NCBI GenBank assembly: GCA_017513085.1
Contig: JAFWDK010000010.1
Location: 256,001 to 320,000, forward strand
DNA: 64,000 bases
Reading direction: 5' to 3'
DNA from: Clostridiales bacterium
GTDB lineage: Bacteria > Bacillota > Clostridia > Saccharofermentanales > Saccharofermentanaceae
Shown here: in pieces, positions 20,328-29,928 of the stretch
Layout of the letters: the number at the start of each line of letters is the position of its first letter
Numbering within the stretch: position 1 is the stretch's first letter
Notes under the pieces: model-generated
Databases searched by the model: none
What the model was told of the DNA's origin: nothing
The model's input: the letters and a program-made list of their open reading frames with translations, nothing else
Translations under genes and position numbers: made by a program

Positions 20328-21809
20328 ATGAACAACATTCCAGAAATCAAATTGGGTATCGTTGCTGTATCCCGTGACTGTTTCCCGATTGCTCTCTCTG
20401 AGAAGAGAAGATCTGCAATCAAGGCTGCTTATAAGGGAGATCTTTATGAGTGCCCGGTAACTGTCGAGAATGAGCTCGATATGCTTAAAGCAGTTGAAGA
20501 TGTTAAGAAGGCTGAGTGCAATGCACTGGTTGTTTTCCTCGGCAACTTCGGTCCTGAAACACCTGAAACTCTCATTGCAAAGAATTTCGATGGTCCTTGC
20601 ATGTTTGTAGCTGCAGCAGAAGGTGACGGAGACATGGTCAATGGCCGTGGCGATGCTTACTGTGGTATGCTCAACTGCTCATACAACCTCGGTATGAGAC
20701 ATCTTGACGGATATATTCCAGAATATCCTGTCGGAACAGCTGAAGATATCGCAAAAATGATCGCTGATTTCGTACCGATCGCTCGTGCGGTTATTGGCGT
20801 TAAGAATCTTAAGATCATCACATTTGGTCCACGTCCGCAGGACTTCTTCGCTTGTAATGCACCTATCAAGGGTCTTTATGAGCTGGGCGTTGAGATCGAA
20901 GAGAATTCCGAGCTCGATCTTCTCGTTTCTTATAAGGAGCACGAGAATGACCCGCGTATTCCTGAGGTCTGCGAAGATATGGCCAAAGAAATGGGCGAAG
21001 GTAAGTACTATCCGGAGATGAGCGCTCGTATGGCTCAGTTCGAACTTACTCTTCTTGACTGGGCAGAAGCTCACAAGGGTTCCAGAAAGTATGTAGCATT
21101 TGCAGATAAGTGCTGGCCGGCATTCCCGTCCCAGTTCGGATTCGAGCCTTGCTATGTTAACAGCCGTCTTGCTTCCCGTGGTATTCCGGTATCCTGCGAA
21201 GTTGATATCTACGGCGCTCTTTCCGAGTATATCGGTATCTGCATCAGCAATGATACTGTTACTCTCCTTGACATCAACAACTCTGTACCGCAGTACATCT
21301 ATGATGAGGAGAAGGATAAGTTCAAGAACTACAAGCTTACAGATACATTTATGGGCTTCCATTGCGGTAACACACCTTCTTGCAAGATGTGCGGCGATCG
21401 TGCGATCAAGTATCAGCTGATCCAGCACAGATTGCTTGAGCCAGCCGGTTCTGATCCGGATTTCACACGTGGTACTCTCGAGGGTGACATCGCTGCTTCC
21501 GATATTACATTCTATCGTCTGCAGTGCAACAGTGACGGAGAACTCGTTTCTTACATCGCTGAAGGTGAGATCCTTGACGTTAAGACACGTTCCTTCGGTG
21601 GTATTGCTATCTTCGCTATTCCGGAAATGGCAAGATTCTATCGTCATGTCCTGATCCAGGGCAGATTCCCGCACCATGGTGCTGTTGCTTTCGGTCATTA
21701 CGGAAAACTGATGTTCGAGACATTTAAGCTTCTCGGCATTTGCCCGTGCAGAATCGGATACAATAAGCCGGCCGGTGATCTCTACAAGACAGAGAATCCG
21801 TTCAGCTGA
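20328..21809 (+). CDS. L-fucose-isomerase-like pentose isomerase (XylA-II-type family), probable L-arabinose isomerase substitute
   Basis: AVSRDCFP, GNFGPE, RGDAYCG, KCWP, SCEVD, FHCG, FPHHGA; strongly biased codons; not canonical AraA. Confidence 0.75.
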   Translation: MNNIPEIKLGIVAVSRDCFPIALSEKRRSAIKAAYKGDLYECPVTVENELDMLKAVEDVKKAECNALVVFLGNFGPETPETLIAKNFDGPCMFVAAAEGDGDMVNGRGDAYCGMLNCSYNLGMRHLDGYIPEYPVGTAEDIAKMIADFVPIARAVIGVKNLKIITFGPRPQDFFACNAPIKGLYELGVEIEENSELDLLVSYKEHENDPRIPEVCEDMAKEMGEGKYYPEMSARMAQFELTLLDWAEAHKGSRKYVAFADKCWPAFPSQFGFEPCYVNSRLASRGIPVSCEVDIYGALSEYIGICISNDTVTLLDINNSVPQYIYDEEKDKFKNYKLTDTFMGFHCGNTPSCKMCGDRAIKYQLIQHRLLEPAGSDPDFTRGTLEGDIAASDITFYRLQCNSDGELVSYIAEGEILDVKTRSFGGIAIFAIPEMARFYRHVLIQGRFPHHGAVAFGHYGKLMFETFKLLGICPCRIGYNKPAGDLYKTENPFS

Positions 21810-21835
21810 TCTTTATCTGAGTAAATGATCTTACA

Positions 21836-21873
21836 CACTGCCTTCCGCCTTATGGGTGGGAGGCAGTGCTTTT
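21836..21873 (+). terminator. Terminator of the ara operon
   Basis: CACTGCCTTCCGCC / GGTGGGAGGCAGTG followed by TTTT. Confidence 0.8.
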
Positions 21874-21922
21874 ATCTGGTATAATGACATGAGTGACGAT
21901 GAGGGGAGCTGCTTTTTCGTAG

Positions 21923-23695
21923 ATGCTGAAAAGAGCACTGAATAAGTTTTTAAATAACCTGAAGCTGCATAATAAATTCCTTATTATGTATATATTCTGC
22001 GTCATCATTCCTCTGATCATTACGGATACTGTTATTTTCTATTCGTTATATACGAAAGAATACAACCGTCGTAAATACGAGATGTATAGTGTTGCGCAAG
22101 GTTACCAGAATGCAATCAGTACGATTATCAGTTATGATGCCAGTATCGTTCACGCAATCAGTGTGAACGGAGGTCTGAAAAAGTTTTTGGATCATGATTA
22201 TTCCGGCGTTAACGAGTACATCAATGCGTATTATGATTTTGTAAATGATTCGTTTTTTGAGACACTTACAGGTATGAGAAATGACCGTATCACAGTATAT
22301 TCAGACAATCCGACCATCTATAACGGTAAATATTTTAAGCGTTTGTCCGCCGCCCGGGATCTGGAATGGTATGATCGTTTTATCCTTTCCGGCCGTGATG
22401 AAAGTTTGATCATATATTATGACAATCAAGTAGATGCCAGATTGGAGTCTCGTCGAAAAATCGTATTTGTGAAGCGCTTCAAGAATATGTATGATAGCAA
22501 ATACGATAAACTGGTTTCCGTTGAAATCGAGAGTTCAAATGTTCAGGCATCGATCCTGCAGGTTTCGGATGTTTTTCGAAGCTATATCTGCTGCGGTGAT
22601 TATGTTGCGATAGCTAAATATGGCGATACGACTACGTCGATCGAATCGGTGATGAATAAATCGCGTAATCGCATCAGCGTACACTATCCATTTACGATCG
22701 CCGGTACGCAGTTGGACATATATTTGTTTGACGATGATCCTTTGATCACCGGGATCATTTCGAATAATTTTTGGATCGTTTTGATCTTTTTGATCATAAC
22801 ACTTGCGCTTCCGGTGTTGATCATGAAAGCAATAGAGGAGACGATCGATACACGTATTACAACGCTTAAAGAAGCTTTTAGCGGAAACAGCACAGATAAA
22901 TTCCAACCTATTTCCAAGATTGAAGGAAATGATGAGATATCTTTGCTGATGACGAGTTATAACCGTATTGCCAAGATCAATAATGAACTGATCAATACGC
23001 TGTACAAGGATAAATTGAAAGAGCGGGAGAATGATCTGGCGAGAAAGAATGCTGAACTTCTTGCTTTGCAAAGTCAGATCAATCCTCACTTCCTTTTCAA
23101 TGCGCTTGAAAGTATTCGTATGCACAGTATTCTGCGTGGAGAAGATGAAACTGCGGATATGGTTGAAAAATTGGCAGTCATGGAAAGACAGAATGTTGAG
23201 TGGGGGGACGATTTGGTTTCAATCAAAAAAGAAACCGAATCTATTGAAGCCTATCTTTATCTTCAGAGTTATCGTTTTGGCGATCGTCTTTCTTTTGATA
23301 TCGATGTGGATAAGGAATGCGAAAACCTTTATATACCTAAGCTGACACTGGTTACTTTTGTTGAGAATGCTTGTGTACACGGCATTGAGGCTAAATCTTC
23401 GGCGGGATGGATCTTTGTTCGAGTATATAAAAAAGATGAATTCTTATGTATGGAAGTTGAAGATACCGGCGGCGGTATGGATGATGCCGAGATTGCTTCT
23501 TTGATCAAGAATATAGAGAACGTCAGTATCGAACAGATAAAAGGAAAGAAGCATGTTGGAATTCTGAATGCTTGTCTGAGACTGAAATTGCATTCTGAAA
23601 ACCAGGCAAAGATAACGATAGATAGCGAAGTCGGAGTAGGAATGTGCGTGTTGATCCGTGTTCCTCTAGATAAACTAATAGGTAATAAGGGGTGA
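21923..23695 (+). CDS. YesM/LytS-type sensor histidine kinase
   Basis: Two TM segments flanking a sensor domain, HAMP, LQSQINPHFLFNALE, ENACVHG, EDTGGGM. Confidence 0.92.
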   Translation: MLKRALNKFLNNLKLHNKFLIMYIFCVIIPLIITDTVIFYSLYTKEYNRRKYEMYSVAQGYQNAISTIISYDASIVHAISVNGGLKKFLDHDYSGVNEYINAYYDFVNDSFFETLTGMRNDRITVYSDNPTIYNGKYFKRLSAARDLEWYDRFILSGRDESLIIYYDNQVDARLESRRKIVFVKRFKNMYDSKYDKLVSVEIESSNVQASILQVSDVFRSYICCGDYVAIAKYGDTTTSIESVMNKSRNRISVHYPFTIAGTQLDIYLFDDDPLITGIISNNFWIVLIFLIITLALPVLIMKAIEETIDTRITTLKEAFSGNSTDKFQPISKIEGNDEISLLMTSYNRIAKINNELINTLYKDKLKERENDLARKNAELLALQSQINPHFLFNALESIRMHSILRGEDETADMVEKLAVMERQNVEWGDDLVSIKKETESIEAYLYLQSYRFGDRLSFDIDVDKECENLYIPKLTLVTFVENACVHGIEAKSSAGWIFVRVYKKDEFLCMEVEDTGGGMDDAEIASLIKNIENVSIEQIKGKKHVGILNACLRLKLHSENQAKITIDSEVGVGMCVLIRVPLDKLIGNKG

Positions 23696-23702
23696 ACGAT
23701 AT

Positions 23703-25295
23703 ATGTTAAAAGTTATGATCATTGATGATGAACCTTATATTCTACAGGGTCTTCAGGTACTGGTTGACTGGAATAATGAAGGGTTTGAAGTTGATGCTTT
23801 AATGACAAACGGCATAGATGCCTTGAAATATCTAAAAGATCACCAGGTGGATCTCATCATTTCGGACATTCAGATGCCTTTGATGACCGGGTTGGAGCTT
23901 TTGGAAGAGATCAATAAGCAGAATCTGTCGGATGCTAAATTCGTGATACTTACAGGTTATGACAATTTTTCCTATGTCCAGAAAGCGATCCGCAGCGGTT
24001 GCTTTGATTATATTCTGAAGCCGGTCAGCAAGGATGACCTGATCTCTTTGCTTCGGAAGGTGGCTAATCTGAAGGAAGAGAAAAATATCGTTGAGGAAAA
24101 ACAGAAAAAACTCGAGGATGCATATTTAGCATCGAATCTGATTTCTATAATAAAAGGTAAATATGATGATACGAATATCGAATATGTCAAGAACCATCTG
24201 CAATTAGCGGGTGGTATCCGATTCGTTGATATCGAGATCATGACGGAAGGAATCGTTGATGATGAGGATGATTACGATCTGCGTGTGCTTCAGAAACAGC
24301 TTTTCAATTCTTTAAAAGAAATCCTTAAAGACAATGCCAACCATTTCATTTTTGATGTTTCTTATGAAAAGGACAACTATGATGTCGGATTTATATACTG
24401 TGAGAATATGGCGACACGACGTGATCTTACCGAGGAGGAATTCTTCCGGATGCTTTTGAAAAAACTGGAAGTTGTTTTTACCAAGCCGGTGCGCATTATG
24501 TGCGGAAAGACTGTCCCGGATGTTTCTTCTTTGTCCAAATCATACAGTTCCTGTGCCAGAATCGATAGTATCAAGGGATTTCATAACCAGAAAAACCTGT
24601 ATTTCTATGAAAATGATATCCAGGTTGGTCAAAATGGTATTGTCCTTTGTAAAAACAGCCTGGATGAATGTATTGCGGCGATCCAGTCGAATGATCATGA
24701 AGCAATCAAAACTGCAGTTAAACAGCTTTATGAGGATATGAATAAAGGTGAGAATACTAATAATGTAATAGATCTGAACATTAACTATCTTTTGTTTCAA
24801 CTTATCCATCTGGCTTCGGAACAGGACGATAATGTTAACCAGGAAGAGGTTATCCAGTATATTTCTGAACAATCTTTTGAAAAGTCGATCAATCGAGGCA
24901 GTGCCCAGCATTTTGAGCGATTTGCCATAGAATATGCTGATTACCTTATGGGATTAAGAAAAAATGTATCCCGAGGCATACTTGCGGAGATCGAGACGGA
25001 AATACGAGATCACTATGCGGAGAATATCAGTTTGAGAAATCTTGGCGAGAAATTTTTTATTAACAGTTCTTATCTGGGACAAATATTCCGGAAAAAGTAC
25101 AATCAATCTTTTAAGGATTACCTGACAAATTATAGGATCAACGAAGCATCCAAACAATTAGTCACTACAGAGAAGAAGATCAACAGGATCGCATTCGATG
25201 TAGGGTATAAGGATTGTGACTATTTTATCCGCAAATTCATTGAAACAAAGGGATGCACGCCTTCCAAGTATAGAAAGATGCATCGCGAGACTTGA
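23703..25295 (+). CDS. YesN-type response regulator (receiver + AraC HTH)
   Basis: IIDDE, SDIQMP, TGY, YILKP; C-terminal SYLGQIF...IAFDVGY..YF..GCTPSKYR. Confidence 0.93.
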   Translation: MLKVMIIDDEPYILQGLQVLVDWNNEGFEVDALMTNGIDALKYLKDHQVDLIISDIQMPLMTGLELLEEINKQNLSDAKFVILTGYDNFSYVQKAIRSGCFDYILKPVSKDDLISLLRKVANLKEEKNIVEEKQKKLEDAYLASNLISIIKGKYDDTNIEYVKNHLQLAGGIRFVDIEIMTEGIVDDEDDYDLRVLQKQLFNSLKEILKDNANHFIFDVSYEKDNYDVGFIYCENMATRRDLTEEEFFRMLLKKLEVVFTKPVRIMCGKTVPDVSSLSKSYSSCARIDSIKGFHNQKNLYFYENDIQVGQNGIVLCKNSLDECIAAIQSNDHEAIKTAVKQLYEDMNKGENTNNVIDLNINYLLFQLIHLASEQDDNVNQEEVIQYISEQSFEKSINRGSAQHFERFAIEYADYLMGLRKNVSRGILAEIETEIRDHYAENISLRNLGEKFFINSSYLGQIFRKKYNQSFKDYLTNYRINEASKQLVTTEKKINRIAFDVGYKDCDYFIRKFIETKGCTPSKYRKMHRET

Positions 25296-25351
25296 TGTAA
25301 AACGCACAAACAAAATCATTTTCGTCTTTGGTTTGTTGTACTTTTTTACCT

Positions 25352-25415
25352 AGACTTTTTCGGGTAACTAGTAAGAGTTTTTCGGGTTGTTGAAAAGTAC
25401 ATACAAAACTAAAAT
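25352..25415 (+). promoter_or_regulatory. ABC operon promoter with tandem activator repeats
   Basis: AGACTTTTTCGGGT (25352) and AGAGTTTTTCGGGT (25374), 22-bp period, abutting TTGTTG-17-TAAAAT (25387-25415). Confidence 0.65.
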
Positions 25416-25471
25416 TAAAACATAAATAGTGTCGCGTAAGCGGCCAAAAACAATTTTGAGGAGGTTATGTA

Positions 25472-27130
25472 ATGAAATCGAAGAAGATTTTCGCGCTTAC
25501 AATGGCTTGCATGATGGGTCTTGGTGCATTTGCAGGTTGCGCAAAGAAAAAAGATGAGATCTTGAATTGGAATTTCTTCGCTGCTATGCATGGTAGTGAG
25601 ATCAACGATGGTAACGAGATTCAGGAACTGATCGCAAAAGACACGGGTATTCGTGTTAAGGAGACTTGGCTTGCCGGCCAGACATCCGCTGAGGCTATTG
25701 GTTCTATCGTTGCTTCCGGTGAGCTTCCGGAATTCATCGATGGTGGTGACGGAAGTGAAGAGCTTTACAAGGCTGGCTATCTTGTTGCTTGGGATGATTA
25801 TCTTGCAAAGCCGGAGTTTGCAAATCTTAAAGAGATGTATTCCGACAAAGAGTGGGAAATGTTCAAGCATGATGGTCACATCTATTGGGCGAACGTTTTC
25901 AACAACAGCTATGGTGGAAAGCCGGTTTCTCACGGATTTAACGATGAGGCTTTCTGGATCCAGGTAAGAGTTCTTGAGTGGGCTAACTATCCGAAGATTG
26001 ATACTCTTGATGAGTATTTTGATCTTCTCGAGAGATACTACAAAGAGAACACAACAAACGCTGACGGAACAAAGATCATTCCTTACACATGTCTCTGTGA
26101 AGACTGGAGATATTTCTGTATTGAGAACGCTCCTGAGTTCCTCGACGGTTATCCGAACGATGGTTCCGTTATCGTAAATCTCGATGATCCGGATCATCCG
26201 AAGATCGTTGACTACAACACTACACCTACAGCTAAGAGATACTTCGCTAAGTTGAATGAGATCTATCATAAGGGTTTGATGGATCCTGAGTTCGCTATCC
26301 AGACATACGACGAGTATATGGCTAAGCTTTCTACTGGTGCTGTTCTTGGTATGTGCGATCAGTGGTGGAACTTTGCTGGTACAGTTAATGATAACTTCAA
26401 GGCTAACAAGCTTGATGAGCAGGGCATGAACTACGTACCGCTTGGTCCGACAATTGATAAGGGCATGACAAACCGTTGGTACATTGGTGCTAACGACACA
26501 TTGAACTCCGCTTCCGGTATCGCTGTAACAACAAGCTGCAAGGATCCGGATAAGGCTTTCAAGTTCCTGAACAGAATGCTGGATCAGGATATGCATAACC
26601 TCCGTTTCTGGGGTATCAAGGATGTTGACTACCTCGTAGAAGAAGGAACAGGCATGTTCTACAGAACACAGGAAATGCGTGACAAGTGGGCAGACTCCAA
26701 CTATACAAAGTCTCACTGCTGCATGTATGCATACTTCCCGCAGTGGGGTGGTATGTCCCGTGATGGTATCAACACCATGCAGCCTGGTGACTCCGTAAGT
26801 GAGTTCTTCGCTGGTATGGCTGATCCGCTCGTTAAGTGCTTCAAGGCTTATGGTTACACAGCTTACAACGAGTTCCTCCGTTCTACAGATGGAACAGTTG
26901 GTATCTGGTATCCTATGTATCAGTTCTCTAACAACCTTAAGACTGATACAGACGCTGGTGTTGCTTGGACAAAGATGGGCGAAGTTAAGCATCACTGGTT
27001 GCCGGAAATCGTAGTTGCTGACGATTTCGAAGCAAAGTGGAATGAGTACATGGCTGCTTACGCAGAGTGCAAGCCGGAAGACTTCCTCGCTTACATGCAG
27101 AAGACTCTGGACGATCTCATTGCATCATAA
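25472..27130 (+). CDS. Carbohydrate ABC transporter substrate-binding lipoprotein
   Basis: Basic N-terminus and FAGC lipobox; LplA-like SBP; GAGGAGG RBS; highly biased codons. Confidence 0.92.
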   Translation: MKSKKIFALTMACMMGLGAFAGCAKKKDEILNWNFFAAMHGSEINDGNEIQELIAKDTGIRVKETWLAGQTSAEAIGSIVASGELPEFIDGGDGSEELYKAGYLVAWDDYLAKPEFANLKEMYSDKEWEMFKHDGHIYWANVFNNSYGGKPVSHGFNDEAFWIQVRVLEWANYPKIDTLDEYFDLLERYYKENTTNADGTKIIPYTCLCEDWRYFCIENAPEFLDGYPNDGSVIVNLDDPDHPKIVDYNTTPTAKRYFAKLNEIYHKGLMDPEFAIQTYDEYMAKLSTGAVLGMCDQWWNFAGTVNDNFKANKLDEQGMNYVPLGPTIDKGMTNRWYIGANDTLNSASGIAVTTSCKDPDKAFKFLNRMLDQDMHNLRFWGIKDVDYLVEEGTGMFYRTQEMRDKWADSNYTKSHCCMYAYFPQWGGMSRDGINTMQPGDSVSEFFAGMADPLVKCFKAYGYTAYNEFLRSTDGTVGIWYPMYQFSNNLKTDTDAGVAWTKMGEVKHHWLPEIVVADDFEAKWNEYMAAYAECKPEDFLAYMQKTLDDLIAS

Positions 27131-27151
27131 GATTTTCTAGTCAATTAGGTG

Positions 27152-27186
27152 GTGGCAACCACAGTTTAAATGACTGTGGTTGCCAC
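27152..27186 (+). other. Intercistronic 14-bp stem-loop between SBP and permease
   Basis: GTGGCAACCACAGT-7nt-ACTGTGGTTGCCAC with only a weak U tail. Confidence 0.8.
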
Positions 27187-27212
27187 TTCTAAACTTTAGG
27201 GGAGGCAATTAT

Positions 27213-28157
27213 ATGAGCCTTATGGGTACAAATTCACCGGCTTTGAAAGAAAAAAATACTAGAGCCGAGATGAAGAGACAGAGAATTCTTCTTATCATAG
27301 CAGGATTATTTGTTATCTATGGTATCGTATTCTATTATTTGCCATTGTTCGGCTGGATCATGGCTTTTCAGAACTATAAGATTAAAGATGGTATTTTCGG
27401 TTCTGAGTTTGTAGGATTAAGATGGTTTAAATTTCTGTTCTCTGATCAAACATTCTTACGAGTTATTCGTAACACTCTTTGCATGGGTGTATTAAATCTT
27501 GTTTCCACAACAATTACAGCGATTGGTTTCGCTATCCTTTTGAATGAGGTAAGGAACACTTTCGGTAAAAAGTTGGTTCAGACAATTTCTTACTTACCTC
27601 ACTTTTTGTCTTGGATCGTTGTAACAGGTATTGTTCATGATGCTCTTTCTATTAACGGTGTCATTAACGAATTATTTGTTAACTTACATATTTTTAAAGA
27701 GCCTATCAGTTTCTTCTCGCATAAAGAATATTTCTGGCCTATCGTTGCTTTGTCCAACGTTTGGAAAGAAACTGGTTGGAATGCTATTATCTATCTTGCA
27801 ACTATCACATCTATTGACCCTGCTCTTTATGAAGCAGCTGCGATGGATGGTGCCGGTAGATGGCAGAAGATCAAGCATATTACTCTCCCGGGTCTTCGTT
27901 CCACAATCATCATTCTTCTTATCATGAATATCGGTAATGTTATCAATGCCGGATTCGAAGTTCAGTACTTGTTGACAAACGGCTTTATTAAGCCTGTATC
28001 TGAGACGATCGATATTTATGTATTGACCTATGGTGTTGGTAAGATGAACTACTCACTTGGTACAGCCGGCGGTATATTTAAGACATTCGTATCTTTGGTC
28101 CTCATCGTAATCTTTAACTTTATTGCGAAGAAGACCGGCGATGAACGGTTGTTCTAA
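27213..28157 (+). CDS. Carbohydrate ABC permease (LplB-type)
   Basis: YLPHFLSW, WKETGW, LYEAAAMDGA (EAA loop); ATG 27213 after GGGAGG. Confidence 0.94.
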   Translation: MSLMGTNSPALKEKNTRAEMKRQRILLIIAGLFVIYGIVFYYLPLFGWIMAFQNYKIKDGIFGSEFVGLRWFKFLFSDQTFLRVIRNTLCMGVLNLVSTTITAIGFAILLNEVRNTFGKKLVQTISYLPHFLSWIVVTGIVHDALSINGVINELFVNLHIFKEPISFFSHKEYFWPIVALSNVWKETGWNAIIYLATITSIDPALYEAAAMDGAGRWQKIKHITLPGLRSTIIILLIMNIGNVINAGFEVQYLLTNGFIKPVSETIDIYVLTYGVGKMNYSLGTAGGIFKTFVSLVLIVIFNFIAKKTGDERLF

Positions 28158-28171
28158 GGAGGTGACATGCT

Positions 28172-29080
28172 ATGAATTCTAAATCTAAAAAGAAGATGCA
28201 GATGAGTAAATGGGATTGGGCATTTGTCATCATCAACACAACGTTCTTGGTTCTCTTTTGTATCGTAACTCTTTACCCTGTTTTGAACACATTGGCTCTT
28301 TCGTTCAATGATGGTCTTGATGCGGTAAAAGGTGGTATCCACCTTATCCCTAGAAAGTTCTCTACTGACGCTTATACAACAGTATTCAACATTCAGGGTA
28401 TTAAGCAAGGTGCTATCGTTACTGTCGCTCGTACAGTTCTCGGTACTCTACTTGCTCTCGGAGCTAATGCTTTGCTTTCGTTCGTCGTTTCTAGAAAGAA
28501 GTTCATGTTCCGTTCCAGTCTTTCACTTTTCTGGGTTATCACAATGTATGCTAACGGCGGTATGATTCCTGGATTGGTTCTTTTGAAGGCTCTCGGTCTC
28601 ACAAACTCTTTCTGGGTATACATCGTTCCTGGTCTGGTTGGTGCTTTTAACATTTTGGTACTTCGTACTTATATGGAAGGTCTTCCGGATTCTTACGAAG
28701 AGTCTGCTCAGCTTGATGGTGCAGGTTATATGACGATCTTTGTTAAGATCATTTCTCCTCTTTGTAAACCGGTTTACGCTACGATCGCACTCTTTATGGC
28801 TGTTGGTCATTGGAACTCCTGGTTTGATGCAATGCTCTATAACCGTACAAAGCCGCAGTATACAACACTGCAGTACGAGTTGCAGAAACTCCTGAGTAAC
28901 GTTATGCAGCAGTCCGGTAATGCTTCCAGCTCCGGTAAGACCGCTTCGACATCCAAGGTTACACCTATCACGGTACGTTCCGCTGCGACGATCGCAACGA
29001 TGCTGCCTATCATCTGCTTGTATCCTTTCTTGCAGAGATACTTTGTAACCGGTTTGACAATCGGTGGTGTTAAAGAGTAA
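28172..29080 (+). CDS. Carbohydrate ABC permease (LplC-type)
   Basis: GGMIP, EESAQLDGA, HWNSWF, YPFLQRYF..G...GGVKE. Confidence 0.94.
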   Translation: MNSKSKKKMQMSKWDWAFVIINTTFLVLFCIVTLYPVLNTLALSFNDGLDAVKGGIHLIPRKFSTDAYTTVFNIQGIKQGAIVTVARTVLGTLLALGANALLSFVVSRKKFMFRSSLSLFWVITMYANGGMIPGLVLLKALGLTNSFWVYIVPGLVGAFNILVLRTYMEGLPDSYEESAQLDGAGYMTIFVKIISPLCKPVYATIALFMAVGHWNSWFDAMLYNRTKPQYTTLQYELQKLLSNVMQQSGNASSSGKTASTSKVTPITVRSAATIATMLPIICLYPFLQRYFVTGLTIGGVKE

Positions 29081-29098
29081 AACTTGTTGCACTTTTTG

Positions 29099-29138
29099 CT
29101 ACCTGCCCCTAATATATAGGGGCAGGTAGTATTTTTTT
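29099..29138 (+). terminator. Terminator after the ABC permeases
   Basis: CTACCTGCCCCTA-atata-TAGGGGCAGGTAG followed by T7. Confidence 0.85.
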
Positions 29139-29191
29139 GTAATAATACTTATGATATTAGTCAAAATCTTAATGATAGAAGGTTATAACGA

Positions 29192-29926
29192 ATGGGAATA
29201 TTCAGACATGATGGTCCGATAATGGAGTTTTTGAGTACTGTGGCAGATTTAATGATCCTGGATCTTATCTGCATAGTTTGTTGTATTCCAATCGTAACTA
29301 TCGGTCCGGCACTCAGTGCCAAATATGCGGTAGCCATGCGTATTGTCAGACATGAAGAACCGACTATTGTAAAGCCATATTTCAAAGCGTTCAAAGAAAA
29401 CTTCAAGCAAGCTTTAATTGTCTGGTTGATCCTTATGGTCGTTGTTTTGCTGGTTTGGATCGACTGGTCCTGGATGATCGACAAAGGTTTTGACAATGTT
29501 TCTCCACTTTACTTTGGAGGCGCTGTTTTTGTCACCACAATAGTTTCTTTTATTATAATGACTATTTTTCCAATCATATCAAGATTTGAGCTAACTGTTA
29601 AGGAAGCCTTCAAGACGGCGGCTCTTTTTTCCATGCTGTATTTTTTCGGCCTTCTTGCTATTGTTATCCTTATGGGATTCTCTGTTTTTGTTTGTATCAA
29701 GTATATCCGTTGGTTACCGCTTGCTTTCACTGTTTGCCATCTTTGTATTGTTTACTGTCTCTGCCTGATATTTGTCCGTGGATTTAAAAAACTGGAAGCG
29801 CAGTTTGTTGATGTGGATGAAAATGAAGATGATGTCGATGAAAATGAAGATGATGTCGATTCTGAAATGGACAGTAAGATCATTGATGTCGGGCAAGAAA
29901 AGTCGGACGAGAAGAAAGACGTGTAA
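29192..29926 (+). CDS. DUF624/YesL-family membrane protein
   Basis: CIPIVTIGPA, YFKAFKENFKQA pattern; multiple TM segments; acidic tail. Confidence 0.85.
   Translation: MGIFRHDGPIMEFLSTVADLMILDLICIVCCIPIVTIGPALSAKYAVAMRIVRHEEPTIVKPYFKAFKENFKQALIVWLILMVVVLLVWIDWSWMIDKGFDNVSPLYFGGAVFVTTIVSFIIMTIFPIISRFELTVKEAFKTAALFSMLYFFGLLAIVILMGFSVFVCIKYIRWLPLAFTVCHLCIVYCLCLIFVRGFKKLEAQFVDVDENEDDVDENEDDVDSEMDSKIIDVGQEKSDEKKDV
29810..29860 (+). repeat. 21-bp coding tandem repeat (~2.4 copies; DENEDDV)
   Basis: GATGAAAATGAAGATGATGTC at 29816 and 29837, with partial flanking copies. Confidence 0.9.
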
Positions 29927-29928
29927 TT

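Noticed and set aside
25415-26995. 526-aa antisense ORF opposite the SBP gene (similarly 20679-21698 and 10524-11246)
   Set aside because: Shadow ORFs in register with highly codon-biased genes that avoid TTA/CTA/TCA; no RBS or recognisable protein features.
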